33,408 nucleotides of DNA from Polymyxa betae A26-41. Taxonomy: Eukaryota > Protista > Endomyxa: Phytomyxea. The stretch spans positions 1-33,408 of the forward strand of contig RBZT01000651.1 of NCBI GenBank assembly GCA_003693705.1, read 5' to 3'. The position numbers and the translations under genes were made by a program. This document shows positions 1 through 12,400 of the stretch, in pieces (the stretch's first letter is position 1; each line of letters begins with the position of its first letter). The notes beneath the pieces were generated by a model that saw only the letters and a list, made by a program, of their open reading frames with translations, was not told where the DNA came from and searched no databases.

Positions 1-221
1 TTGCATCTCCAATATCCAACAAATAGGAACTAAGCGCTATAAAAGCTGTATTGAACAGTCTAAGAAATCACGCAAGAAGCAGAAGGTCCATCTTTAGAGT
101 TATTAAATAAGTATTCCAATATCCATGAACTCATTTGATAAGCGATTTGATTGAGGAAGTTGTCGAATGTACGTATGAGCTAAGAGAGATGGAGGGAGGG
201 GATACCCCTTGTATAGGAGAA

Positions 222-276
222 ACTCGCAGAAATAATGCGCGTACGAGTACTCGTACGCGCAACTATTTCTGCGAGT
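222..276. repeat. Near-perfect ~55-bp palindrome centred on GTACGAGTACTCGTAC
   Basis: Left arm ACTCGCAGAAATAATGCGCGTACGAGT pairs with right arm ACTCGTACGCGCAACTATTTCTGCGAGT; GAGTACTCGTACGC recurs just before CTAG at 287-290. Confidence 0.85.
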
Positions 277-879
277 ACTCGTACGCCTAGCAGGGTCGGT
301 ATGAAAATGCTCGATGTCCCACAAATGAATGTTTAAGTTCAGGAGGTTTCCCGGCAACAGAACTTTGCGGATATCAGTTAGCGCCAGTTTCGAGACGCTT
401 AATAGACGTTCGCAGCAGCCAGAAAATGAATGTATATTGGATGCAAGCAGAACGAGATCGCAATAATATCAGCGTAGGTTCCGACAACAATAACGATCCG
501 AATCGATTGGACAGTGAAAATAAACGATTCTCCGAGCGCAAATATTTCCTTCGTCATCATCTGCAACTAATGGGCTTGCTCTAAGAATATAATGAGATAT
601 ACAGAATATGGGGAGATATCTGAGTGGATTCGGATATTCCAAAGAACAGAAAACGCTTTATTACAGTATAGGAATGCAGGAATTGACTCAGGCGCAGATA
701 GCGAGGTTCAGATACAAACAATGGACATGGCAGATCTGATCGACGTCAACTTTTGGGCGGAATGTGGTCAAAATGGCTCATGTTATCCATTCAATCATAT
801 AGGCACCCGCAAGTGATTCACTACGCGAAGAACAGAAGCTCCAATTACGGAATGTGCATGGCGATGCACGCTGTGTTTA

Positions 880-1614
880 TTGAAGTCACTCGATGTCGTC
901 AGTGGTGGAATGAAAATAACCCAAAACCCTCCCGACATTCTGACTTTTCAACAGGTTGTCGAGACGACGGTAAGCCTGATCCCAAATTGAAAATCATGCG
1001 ACAAATACACTGAAGAACTAATACCAGATCCGTCAAACTGTCCGCTTGATTGCGGAGGGATTCAGCACTCCTCAATTGATTCAATATTGAATCAAATTCC
1101 TGGAAATTGTAGATAAACATCTAATCTGGAATCGAGTTGCCACTGATACGTACTTGCTGAATTGATAGAAGTTCTTGCAAACGCGGCCTCTTTTGTTGAG
1201 TGTTGGATTCAAGCCTAATCCCAAATTGAAAATCATGCGACAAATACACTGAAGAACTAATACCAGATCCGTCAAACTATCCGCTTGATTGCGGAGGGAT
1301 TCAGCACTCCTCAATTGATTCAATATTGAATCAAATTCCTGGAAATTGTAGATAAACATCAAGGTAATCTGGAATCGAGTTGCTACTGATACGTACTTGC
1401 TGAATTGATATAGTTTCTTGCAAACGCGGCCTCTTTTGTTGAGCGTTGGATTCAAACTAGATAAAATCAACCGTCAACAAATGGCAAACATTATTAAAAC
1501 AGCCAACCAGTCGAAGTTCTACAAGCGAAGTTTTTCAATTTCGTCTATACAGGCAGCTTCAACGGTTAATAAAACTATATAGCAGAATTGTAAGACGGCG
1601 CCGGCGATCAGCAT
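880..1614 (-). pseudogene. Probable multi-exon secreted-protein pseudogene containing a tandem duplication of two exons
   Basis: ATG at 1614 gives a signal-like MLIAGAVLQFCYIVLLTVEA then an early TAG. Phase-0 exons FESNAQQKRPRLQETISIQQ and EFDSILNQLRSAESLRNQADSLTDL are bounded by AG/GT. The 3' extent is uncertain. Confidence 0.4.
973..1455. repeat. Tandem duplication, two ~240-bp near-identical units
   Basis: AGCCT(G/A)ATCCCAAATTGAAAATCATGCGAC starts at ~973 and ~1212; the ORF translations repeat accordingly. Confidence 0.95.
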
Positions 1615-4600
1615 ATCTACGCAAATATTGCTAGAAAAAAAACATTTAGGAACGCGTTGCAGTGATATAAAAATTTCTACATTACCTCGTCGTTCCCGTC
1701 GAGTGTGGGGTCATTGTCATGACCTCGAGACATTTGAAGGAACGCTGACGAATGCAGAGATCCACTCTCGGAACGATCCGTCGGCGCTCAAGATGGCTTT
1801 ACAATGGTAATTGGATGCAGCACGACTGGTCCATTGACCTTAAATTCGAACGACCCTGCAACGTACGCAACCAAAAGAATGCGCAGCCTCCCTATATGGT
1901 TGCGCCAGGCTTAGAGTCTTGGGGTGCAGCCTCCCTACAGTGGGAGGCCTTCCGTGCCCTTGGTTGAACCGCCGACCTATGCTAATCTTGAAAAATTTCA
2001 ATAATTGTCGATCAACTGGTCTTACTTTATGCATCCTGTTGCGAGATAAACTACCTAATCCGTTTCTGTTCTAATCCATGCAAAGAGTTCTAGGCTGTGG
2101 GAGGAATTGACCACGGTCGAAAGTCCGATATCCAGCGTGATCTGGTCATAAGCAAACAAATAGAATAATAACAGCGAAAGCAACCTTGCAGCATATCTCG
2201 AACGCGAGCCAGCCTGCGACTTGCCTGTAACTGATCTTGCTGCTATTCAAAATATCTAAAGTCCTGTCCTTTCTGGTTACGAATGACTGAAAAAGTGTTT
2301 CGCTTTCGCTTTTCAAACTACTATCTGATCATACAGCACAATTCGTCGATGATCCAGCAACAACGACTTATTTGCTAATAAAAATTCAATGAACTCAAAC
2401 TCATCTGATAATGGTTAAATTTCTTCATAAACGCTTTATTTTCGGTTTATAAAATGTCTTGATTATCACTGCTCATTGGTTTCCGCTGCAACAACAGCGG
2501 ATCCAACATCAGCGGCGACAGGAGCAATCGATATTACAAACCAATTTAGTATTGGGAAAAGTTTTTACTGGAACCAGACAATCCAGACTAAGTTCTTGAG
2601 AGAGTATCGAGAAATCCTTAAAATCTGGCTTGCGACGCTGGTCCAGTATTCTCCTCTTGGCTGTCCTTTGCCGCCTTACGCGAGCTAAGACCATGCCCGA
2701 CCCAGCTCTCGAGACGGACCGTCACATCTCCTGTTCTATCGATCAAGAAACGAGGGATAGTATCAAACTTATAGGCAAATTTATTCAAAATTTACTTTTT
2801 TATTAAACTTTAACGGAAAATAGGTATATTGATAAGTCTTAATCAACCTCCTTTTCCAGAAAGAATACCCCTATGATCACAAATAGGGTTGTATTCACAA
2901 AAGAGAATGTGCCCCTTACTACTTCCAGACCCAGGCCTCTCTTTTGACAGCAGCCTGCTGCCGGGAAAGTTCAGAATTTAGTAAACAGCAACTGGTTGCG
3001 AACGTAGCAGGGTCGAATTTCGAAACTGGAGCTACGAAGGGGAAATCCGATGGACAGGATTTTGTACTTATCTGAACAATCAGATTGAACTACAGCAGTA
3101 TGGAAAGATGAACAACGAAGAATAGGAATCCTCGTCCTTTCGATCCAACGAAGTCAAGAATACAGGAGCTCTCTGCAAAATGATTTTTTTTCTTATTTAC
3201 TATCTGTAGGATCCTCTGATAGTGGCATTCCATTAACACCGAAACTTGCTTGGCTCTACTCTCTAATCGTCGCTGCTGTCTGTTGGCTCACTTACAGAAT
3301 TCGAACTGTTCCGGTTCGCGCTCATACTTTCGAACGTGATCCAGACTTCTACCTAACTGGTGTTACTACCACACCCGAATGGGATATCAATCTCGATTCT
3401 GTGCTACCCTCGGGGCCGTCTACGTTACCCCAGCCTGGTGGTACTAATTTTCAGAAATGCGCTCGTCATGCTGGTCCCATCCTATGATACTGTTTATACG
3501 AATAATGTCGTATTAAAAAGATAAAATAACAACAGCAGAAGCGATAAAACAGTATTAAATCGATTTACCTTTTTTCTGTCGCTATTCTCGCCTCTTCGGC
3601 GAACTCTTCGTATCCGGCGGCCTCGGCGTCCAACTCAGTTTCAAATCTTCCACATAACTTAATGCATCTATCTCTCTATTTTACGGATTGTTTAATGGTC
3701 ATTGTTTGTTTTTCTTGATAATGTAATAAATTCCAAATAATAGTAGTCGTTTTGAATTCGTCGGAGGATTGGATTTTATTCGACTTTTTGTATCAAAGGG
3801 CGAAAATTCCTCGCAGGAGTGGGCAATGGGCATCCAGGCTGTTGCAAATTAGCAATCGAGGACGTGAATTGCGCAATTCAGGATTCTGCTGATAGCGCTT
3901 CGCGATATTCACTGCCGTTGCTGTGTCGATCCAAGCGAGCAAAAAGACGAATGCAATTTTTCGTCATCTGGTTTTAATAAACGATCCGTATAAGAGCAGC
4001 AGCCAATTTTACCGTGGCGGGCTTTCGGCCTTTCTGCCATTTCCGTCGTTTTGTTCCACAAATGGGTTCCATCTCTGCTCTGATCCCGATCTTGGTCCTC
4101 CTGACTCTGTTCATGCAATCATCAACCGTACCGGCCCTGTACGTGGCCGTCGTGCTGGTCCTTGCTCTATCTTGACTGATTCTGTTGATATAGGCAGCAA
4201 GCCTGCCCTCCAGTCTGCCCCGACCCTGCCCCCATACTTCTCACGCAAGGCGGCGATTTGGGTTTTGTCGTCATAATAAAACACTCATTGTGTGTTTGGT
4301 CACTATGACGTTGGTCTGTTGCTGCTGTAAGTGTTATAAGCATGGTGCGTGCTGTTTTACAAAGGGAGTTGCACCCTCTACACCTGCGTGTTAACCAGCG
4401 TTTCTATCCATTTCCGGTGCAATAAACCACAAGACCGTTTGAGGACTCCATCGCTCAGGACTCGAACTTTTCCACGGGGTTTCAATCTGTTGCGCTGTGT
4501 AGCTTGGAAGCTGGTCGTCAAAGGCTGTTTCTCCCTGAGATCGTTTAGCGGCATCTTCCGAAGCTGCGATAGAGTTTCCATTTATTTAAAACCGTGGCGG

Positions 4601-6215
4601 TCTCTCGGCTTTTCTTGCGTAAATGGGGATCTATATCTGTTCCTATCTTGTCCCCTGTCTCTGCTGATGCCATCATCACCCATACTGGCCCTGTAATCCT
4701 GCTTGTCCAAGGGTTTTTGAGTCTGGATTGGATTGGATTCGACTAGTCTGAGGCGTTTGAGGCTTGCAGTATTTCGCCTATCTGCGGCAACTTTTTGAAG
4801 GAATTGCCTGTCCAACGGCCTCTAAGAGCAGTTAAACCTTGACCGCTTGACTGAACCTACCAACGTGGGAATATTTAATACAACCATGTCCTATATCAAT
4901 CATCAAAGCTTTCAGAAATTGTTCAGTCTCAAAGAATCCTTACGTGGAGTGACGATACTGAATAGATTCTAATTTATTTGTATTCATGAATGTCTAACTT
5001 CAGATGAATGATTAACATACTTCACCGTCTGTTCATTAATCCAGCGACCTTTCAATTAATCGATTTTGTGAAATTTGGCAAAGATTTGATACCGAAGTTT
5101 ATTGTGAACAGGAACAATAACAATGATACGCGAGCAAACGACTCTGGAAGTGGCAGTGAAGGTATTTATGTGAATTTCGGCAGCCCATTGCGAAGAATGC
5201 GTTTGAGCGATGATGTCCAGAATTCATCCGACGAAGATGGAACGAACTCAAGCTGTGCATTGTTTCGGAATTCGATTGAAGCGATTAGAAGCACTGCATG
5301 AAACAAGCAAAACCGAACATGGTTTTGAGGTGAGAAAAGCGATAACACAAAAGTTTGAAAGCAAGAAGTCAATAGAGAAATCGAGAGACGTATTGTTAAC
5401 AGCAAAGCAAACTAATCAGTCAGTTCGAACACACAGATTTTAATTAAATACGGTAAAAAGCAACAGGCTACCGGCAAATGAAAGTTAAGAAAAGAAACAA
5501 AAAAACAAAAAAAAGGTCTAAAAAATGCCGGAACTTACATCGACAGGATAAAGCGAAGATTGACCATGACCAGGAATTCCAGGCAGATGACAATGAGATT
5601 CATTGATCAGGCGCAGGACATTCATTAATAGTTCACGAAGTAAACGTTCGACTTCGAATTTCGCCATCGGATCGTGTACTTGCAAGACACAGACCTCAGG
5701 ACCCTAAATAGCAAATTTTAGGTTTGGGCTCCGAAGTACAAAAACGCTTGATACTTTTGGGACCCAATCTCGGACCTGAATGGGTAGAAACCACTGTTCC
5801 CAGATAATCTTATCCTCCTTGTTTGTAAGAAACAAAGTCTTGACTATACGGCGTTCATAGAATGACAACGACATCTAAACTCCAAATCAAATACAATCGA
5901 GAACCTTAGCAAGGACAGCGGTGCAAAATTTGCTTCGTTAGTCGATATTCTTGGAAAATATATAAAAAAAAACGTTTTTTTTTTCAATATCGGTACAAGC
6001 TGCGATGATACAAAAGAGTTACTTACTGTTCCACTGCCAGAAATATCAAAGAGCTTAGTGAGTTCTTCGATCTTGCTATCAACGAACAACAGCAGCTTGG
6101 AATCATCGATAACAGTGTACTGCATGTCCAGATCGGAACATTGGATATCCCGGGTAGAAATGGCTCCCAGAGCGCGATTTACGAGAACTAGATGGACAAA
6201 TGCTACAACAGAAAT

Positions 6216-6330
6216 ACGATTCAAAAGACTAATTAAAGACGCTGATATGAAGAAATTATCTAAAGTCATAAAACACGATTCAAAAGACTAATTGATGACG
6301 CTGATATGAAGAAATAATCCAAAGTCATAG
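6216..6330. repeat. Tandem repeat, 2 x 59 bp
   Basis: ACGATTCAAAAGACTAATT...GACGCTGATATGAAGAAAT...AAAGTCATA occurs at ~6216 and ~6275. Confidence 0.85.
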
Positions 6331-6578
6331 AAAAAAAGGAAGTAAAACAAACAAGTACACTGTAATGCAGAATTGAGATGAGAACGATCAATAATCTACA
6401 GCACTAAGCTTATTAGAGCCAACAGCATCGCTGGACATACCAGAGGATCCATACTGTATCGGTGGAAGTTCATGATGGCACGAATGGCGAAAGTCAAATC
6501 TGCAGTACCGTACGGGACGTCTCAATCCTCGGGTTGGTCATACGATGCTCGTCCAACGACCTTAATAATGATGTGAGA

Positions 6579-6928
6579 GTGTACGGTAGTGCCATTTGGA
6601 TTTCAAAAGTACGAACGCAGTTTTTGCAAAAAACCACATGTTACCAAAACAAGTGCGTGGAATTTATGGTGAACGGACTGCCATTAAAATCTCAAAAGTA
6701 GGAACGCAGTTTTGCAGCAAACCACAAGTTTTCAGAAAGTGCGTGAAATGTATGGTGCACAGTATTGCCAATTGGATTTCAAAAGTACGAACGCAGCTTT
6801 GCAACACACCACATGTTTTCAGAAAATGCGTTAAATAAAAGGTGTACTACATACCCATTTGGATTTCGAGAGTACTTTCGCTGTTTTGCAACAAACCACA
6901 TTTTTCAGAAAGTGCGTGAAATAAATGC
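6579..6928. repeat. Minisatellite, ~4 diverged units of ~88 bp
   Basis: Recurring CCATTTGGATTTCAAAAGTACGAACGCAG...AACCACATGTTTTCAGAAAGTGCGTGAAAT. Confidence 0.9.
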
Positions 6929-6946
6929 TCTTAGGTTTTCGCAGTT

Positions 6947-7171
6947 TTGGCAGATAGAATTGATCCTGAGTGGACAGATTTCATAAACAAAGGAGAAGCC
7001 ACACGGACTGAAGCATCAACTCTTCAGCAAATGTCATGAAGCGCTTCGGAAAGATGTGAAGCGCGCCGTTGGTGTCCTTCAGGCACGATGGCGAATCAAG
7101 GATACTCCAGGCCGTTTGTGGTCATTCGACTGTATGGTCACTATGATGAGGACTGAATGATCCTACATAAT
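6947..7171 (+). mobile_element. Degenerate PIF/Harbinger transposase fragment (C-terminal catalytic region)
   Basis: Reads LADRIDPEWTDFIN /frameshift/ KHQLFSKCHEALRKDVKRAVGVLQARWRIKDTPGRLW /frameshift/ ILHN. This matches the Plant_tran/DDE_Tnp_4 pattern YLADGIYPxW...RKDVERAFGVLQARW...ILHN, with the catalytic E replaced by K. Confidence 0.85.
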
Positions 7172-7180
7172 AGAATGTTT

Positions 7181-7763
7181 TCAAAAGCGAATGTTTTCAG
7201 AACAGGATGATGTCGGATCTGTGACAGATTTGTGGCCAAAGCACGGCATCAAGAAAAGACCTTGACCCGGATCTGGGATTTCAAATATCGCCGCATTTGG
7301 CAGTTGTATGTTATTTAACAGGGCCAGGATTTGAGCATAGTTTTTATCTTGGAATTTTGCACTATCGCTGTCAGGTTTGGGTTCTTTAGCCGATAGGTCC
7401 AAAACATCCTGGCTCGGAGGCTCCGATACTGCCAATAGGCCGTGTATTGCCTCAACGAAAATTAGCGAAAAGTTCGTGTTAATCGCACGAATTACGTTAC
7501 AGCGACGGCGTATCTGTCACTGCTCAAAACGCTTCACAATTAACTTGATCTCAAAGTTCGTCCAATGTTCGGAATCGAAAATTACAGTCCAGACCGTGAT
7601 CTTGCGAAACGCATTTCAACATCAGCGAGCTGCTTGATGAGGCGCCTTTTACATTGGGAATCCGGAGGTCGTACCGGACCTCCTCTTCAATGATTGCCAG
7701 TACGTCTTTGATCTTGAAAAAGGCCTCATTTGCCAATCATTCGGCCTTGGCTGTGCAGTACAT
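7181..7763 (-). pseudogene. Disrupted ORF with a possible MuDR/FAR1-like DNA-binding motif
   Basis: MLKCVSQDHGLDCNFRFR...IVKRF read across a stop and a frameshift; weak motif resemblance only. Confidence 0.25.
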
Positions 7764-7905
7764 GAAAATACCTAACCCTAAACCCTAGGTTGAAGCGTAC
7801 GACTTGACTGCTACCGAAGTGATGATCGATGATTTTGAAATCTCAGAAAAATAGAGTATTTGGAGCCGATGGTCTTGAGAAATTGTATTGCAAGATTTGA
7901 GTGGA

Positions 7906-9138
7906 TTAAACTCGCAGCCATGGTGCTTTCTCATCGATAACCATCGCTTGGTCGAACCAGATCTTTCCCGGGATTAGAAACACCAAAGCCAAAACCATCC
8001 CGATTGAGCATTTCCCCAGATAGATGGACCCCATTAGCCCAAGAAACGCGACGAGAGGAGCGCGTTTAATCAAGCGGCATAACAAGGTTGCTAACAGATA
8101 CAGAACGGAAAGAGCTTTGTTGTTGCCATACACGAAGCGGGCCTTCCCCAAGATTTCCAAGATGTGAGGACGACGATAAACAGCGGCGTACTGCATCAGC
8201 GTCAGCTCTCTCTGAGAGGACGGCGTTCGCACGATCTCGGCGAAAAACGGCTGTTTGGCGACCTCAGCGAATAGCTCCTTCGAGTGATACAGCCGCATCA
8301 TACGAAACAACGCCGCAACCAAGTCCGCCTTATTGTCCTGAAGACGTCGACGAAAGTGCGGCGATCGCAGAACGTGTTGGAACAGCGGACTGTTCCCATA
8401 CAGACCGATCTGTTCGAGATCCGTAAAGTCGCGTGGTACTGGACCCAGAAACGGATAGATCTGTTCGAAAGAGGAGCGATAGCTACGGAAACACGTGAGA
8501 AAGGAGTGATCGAATCGAATCCCGTAGCGCAGCAGAGCCAGTACGACTTGCGGGTCGAGCAGGTGCCGTGCCCCGGCCTCGTCGTTCCAAATGCGGAGAA
8601 GATGCCGAGCCACCTGGGCGTTATGCGGGAATACGGAATCGAACGGGGCCGGATAGAGGCGGCGGACTTGGCGGATCAATTCCGGACTAATCACGGACTG
8701 CAGGGACGGGTTCAGAACAACAAAGTCACGAACAGCGTCCAGTACGACTTCGGGGACGCCGACAGACGCCTCTCCGAGATTTAAGTCCATCAGAGCCGCC
8801 AAAATTTCGGCGGACTTCTGTGTAGCCGCTCCGAACCCCGAAACAACATTCACAAAGAGGTCGTACTCGACCTCCAGCAGCAGGTTCAGCAACGCCGAGA
8901 TCTCCGACGCCGTCAGCGTGCTCTGCAGGAGGCGATCGTACAGGACCAGAGCGGAATCCAGCGCCAACGGCTGTTTAGGCGATGGGCTTTCGGCATAGCG
9001 ATGGATCCATTCGGGGAGTTCGGAGTCCGCCAGGTCCGCCAGCACATGATCATGTTGGAGAAGCGGGTGGTCGTCGTCGGCGGCGGCAGCCAGTACGGCC
9101 GCGAACGCGAACGCGACGACGAGAAGCATGAGAAGCAT
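7906..9138 (-). CDS. Putative secreted or membrane-anchored protein (~410 aa) with a degenerate ankyrin-like repeat and C-terminal hydrophobic segments
   Basis: Long GC-rich ORF. ATG at 9138 gives signal MLLMLLVVAFAFAAVLAAA. TLMQYAAVYRRPHILEIL is ankyrin-like and the tail is hydrophobic. Paralogous to 28592-30049. Confidence 0.8.
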   Translation of the reverse strand: MLLMLLVVAFAFAAVLAAAADDDHPLLQHDHVLADLADSELPEWIHRYAESPSPKQPLALDSALVLYDRLLQSTLTASEISALLNLLLEVEYDLFVNVVSGFGAATQKSAEILAALMDLNLGEASVGVPEVVLDAVRDFVVLNPSLQSVISPELIRQVRRLYPAPFDSVFPHNAQVARHLLRIWNDEAGARHLLDPQVVLALLRYGIRFDHSFLTCFRSYRSSFEQIYPFLGPVPRDFTDLEQIGLYGNSPLFQHVLRSPHFRRRLQDNKADLVAALFRMMRLYHSKELFAEVAKQPFFAEIVRTPSSQRELTLMQYAAVYRRPHILEILGKARFVYGNNKALSVLYLLATLLCRLIKRAPLVAFLGLMGSIYLGKCSIGMVLALVFLIPGKIWFDQAMVIDEKAPWLRV

Positions 9139-9453
9139 GAGATGTGCTCGTACGGAATCTGCGCAGTCCGCGCATGACTGGCTCGCGGCCTCGCGCACAC
9201 AGGAGCAAACGCTACTGCTCGCACGGTATCTGCGCAGCCCACGCATGACAGGCTTGCGCACACAGGGCCAAACCCTAGCAAAACGTCACAGCTTAAATGC
9301 TAAAGCTGTCTCCCCAGAGTTAGCAGCACTGCTTCCAATACTACAATGGATAGAGCCCTATACGTATTGCTCCGTAGGACTCCAAAGCGGATGAATAACA
9401 TTAAAAAGTTGGTTCAAACTATATTCTTTTATAATTTTTTGGTGATGAAGATT

Positions 9454-12400
9454 TCAAATTGATGGGAGCAGTTTGTTCTCAGATTGAAGTGCAGCAGAAA
9501 CTAAGCCACCACGACTGATTGTGCTAGTGACCGCCTTACCAGCATCGGTATAAGTGCGGAAGAATTCATAGATGGGAGAATCAGCGCCGTCAATACGGAG
9601 TCGTGCCGACCCGAAGGCGATCTCGAACATGGTACCTTTGGTGGAATCTGCAGACATCGATGCCTGCTTCACGATCTTCATTGTACTCAATTTGTAGCTC
9701 TGCAACAGTTTCACAGTTAGAGATGCGACAAGTTGGCAGACAGATGACAATGCAGAAACCCTAACCCTAAGTAGAAATCTGGACAAACCCTAAAACTTTC
9801 CAGAAACCAACAAACTGTGCAAACCCGATTGATTGAGCATAACAAATGCAGCTAAAAAGACAAAAAAAACAGAAAAAAACACGAAATTAAAAACCCTAAA
9901 CCCTAAGGACCTGGCCGGTGCCATCATTGGACGTAATCGCGAGGAAATCCTTCGACGGAATCACCACGATATTCGCCGACGTCCAGGAAGCGAACCAGCC
10001 CATCCTCATAACCGGGACCGTAAACAGGACCGACTCCTATATCAAGGCCGTGAGCACCGGGGCCAACACGACCCTCAGGAGAATCCCACGAGTTTGCCCG
10101 CGGTCGAGCTGACGACAGAAGCGGCCCGCCGCTGCTGCGTGTCTCGACTTAGTCCGGGTTTGATGGAGTATTGAGGGGCCTCGGACTTCACGAAAAAGTA
10201 TTGGAAGACGATCTTGCCGATAAGGAGGATCTCGACGACGAATAGGGAGATGACAGTGATCAGAAGCCGGATCGAGGTTATCACGACCAGATCCAGACTC
10301 ACGAACGATAACGGGAATACGATCGCCGTCCCGAATGTGATCACGTAGACCGCATCACCGATCGATTTGCTCTCGTTGAATTCCGATAGAACCTGATCAT
10401 TGACAGTATTAGACGAGGGCTCGGTAAAAATCTCCAAACGGATGTTTTGGCTTCATCAAAATCTACGGAAAGTTTCCTTTGAAGTGTGAAAGTTGCAAAG
10501 CTTCGAAATTTTCAAGCACAATGGAAAGTACAATATATTTGAAAATCAGAAATAATTTTTGGCATTCAAAAACGTTTAAGATTTTAAAGTCGTTAAAAAG
10601 GTTTGCATAAAGTTTTTCAAACAAGAAAAAGAAAAAAGAATATTTGATTCTTGAAGACGAGATGATCAATCTCCACCTACATGTCGGGTCTGAAATCCGA
10701 ATACGACGCCGACCCCAAGGATGAAGAAATTATAGGCGATGAGGAGCGATTTCAGCGCTTCCTGGGCCGGCAGGTCGCTCTGACAGGTCCAGAACTTCGA
10801 CAGCTGGTAGGAGCGGATAACAGGCATGGGGGGTCGTAGGGCCACCAGCAGCACGATCAGGATCAGGTTCGGCAGGGCCAGTGCGGCCGCGATGTTCAGC
10901 ACCTGACGATTCCGCATGGCGATGATCACAAGGTGCGGATTGTTGAAGATCCTCTTGATTCTGAAAGAGGCCGAGCTCAGTGAACAGAAACCCTAAACCC
11001 TAGCCCCACACAAACCCAAAGAGCCAGAAATCGTGTCGATTATCCGAAACGGAGAAAATCAACAAAGTGTAACATAACAGTAACGTGTCAACAGAAAATA
11101 AGAGAGCCACGGACTTGTGGTCATCCCATACAAATCCCAAGAGCCAGCAATCGTGTCGATTTGCCGAAATTGAAAAAATCAACAAAGTGTAGCATTACAG
11201 TAACCTGTAACCCGAAAGTAACAGAAATCACGGACCTGTAAGTCTTGGCGACCAGAACTCCGAGCACCAACGATGAACAGATCGTGAGCAGGACGGGCTC
11301 GAGGCTGCACAACAGCGTCGTGGGCACCCCGATCGAACACAGCACGCTGCAATATCCGATGATCAGCCCGATACAGACGAACAGTAACAGGACCGGGCTC
11401 TTGGTCTTCACCACACGCTCCTGGGCGTACTGGACCAGGAACACCATCAACCCAGTAGTCGACAGCACCCCGAACGCAACGATCGCGATCACAACCCCGG
11501 CCACTGGGCTGCGCGCCTGCAGCGCTTGGGCCAGCACGGCCTGGGAGCAGTCCGCGCCCGTCCATCCATCGTTACAGATGCAGGTGTCGTCGGCGACGCA
11601 GTTGCCGCCGACTGCGTCGCAGCCGCGCCGCGTGCAGTCGTACTTGCTCAGCGGCGGCAGCGCCAACGTGCGCCGGTAGACGGCCAACTGCGTCCGCAGT
11701 CCGATCTGGGCCGTGAGCGCCGCCCACCCGGCGATGATGTTGGCGATGGCGTCGTCGGCGGTCTGATTGCCGAGCAGGAACTTGCGGATCTCGGGGTCCA
11801 GTACGACGAACTCGTAGTCGACGTTGTTCTTGATGCGGAGATCGTTGACGGTGTTGGGGCCGGTCAGGGATTCGGAGACGGCCGTGACGGCGCTCTCAGC
11901 CTGGTCCGGGGTGAACCCGTTCTGTTCCCAGAAGGCCGCCTGCATCTCCGAAGTCCGACACATTTCCAGGCCGAAACCGCGCGTGACGTCGACCTGCGAG
12001 ACGCGCTGCGATCCGATCAGCGCCAGGAACTGCAGGGCCGCCTCTTTACGTTTCCCAGTCGAATACGTATTGACAGCTCCCACCCATCCACCTGTCAATC
12101 ATGTTTCATTTTAATCGACAAGATTGATACAAAAAACGAAAACTTTTTCAGCAGTTTTTCCCGCCTCTGAACAATTGGGAATTTTGGATACAAAATGGAT
12201 TTCACAAGAAAGATGAAATATTTGAATTTTGTTTTCTATAAATTTTTTGAAGATGCAACAAAAAGGCTTTCAATTATTTGGCAAAATGGATTCTACAAAC
12301 AAGATGAAATATTTGTTGAATTTTTTTGGTAAGTGTAATTTCTGTTCAAGATGCAAAAAAATGTTTTCAATTATTGATATTATCCGCCAAGTATTACCTG

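Noticed and set aside
1700-2100. Ankyrin-like fragment (SALKMAL..LDAARLV)
   Set aside because: A single weak motif broken by stops; not enough to call.
2411-3487. Possible membrane-protein gene with a ~92-codon last exon at 3209-3487
   Set aside because: No coherent start or exon chain and no recognisable domain.
3900-4815. In-frame minus-strand ORFs separated by stops (stop-codon reassignment or gag-like relic)
   Set aside because: Intact genes in the window use TAA and TGA as ordinary stops and need no readthrough; no diagnostic motifs; best read as decayed sequence.
6579-6928. Possible CRISPR array
   Set aside because: Whole units are similar with no unique spacers, no cas genes are present, and the context is eukaryotic.
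9139-9261. N-terminal extension in the ORF track
   Set aside because: It starts at a non-ATG codon; ATG at 9138 places the signal peptide at the N-terminus.
11245-12170. Plus-strand ORFs of 144 and 214 aa
   Set aside because: Antisense shadows of a GC-rich GPCR exon.
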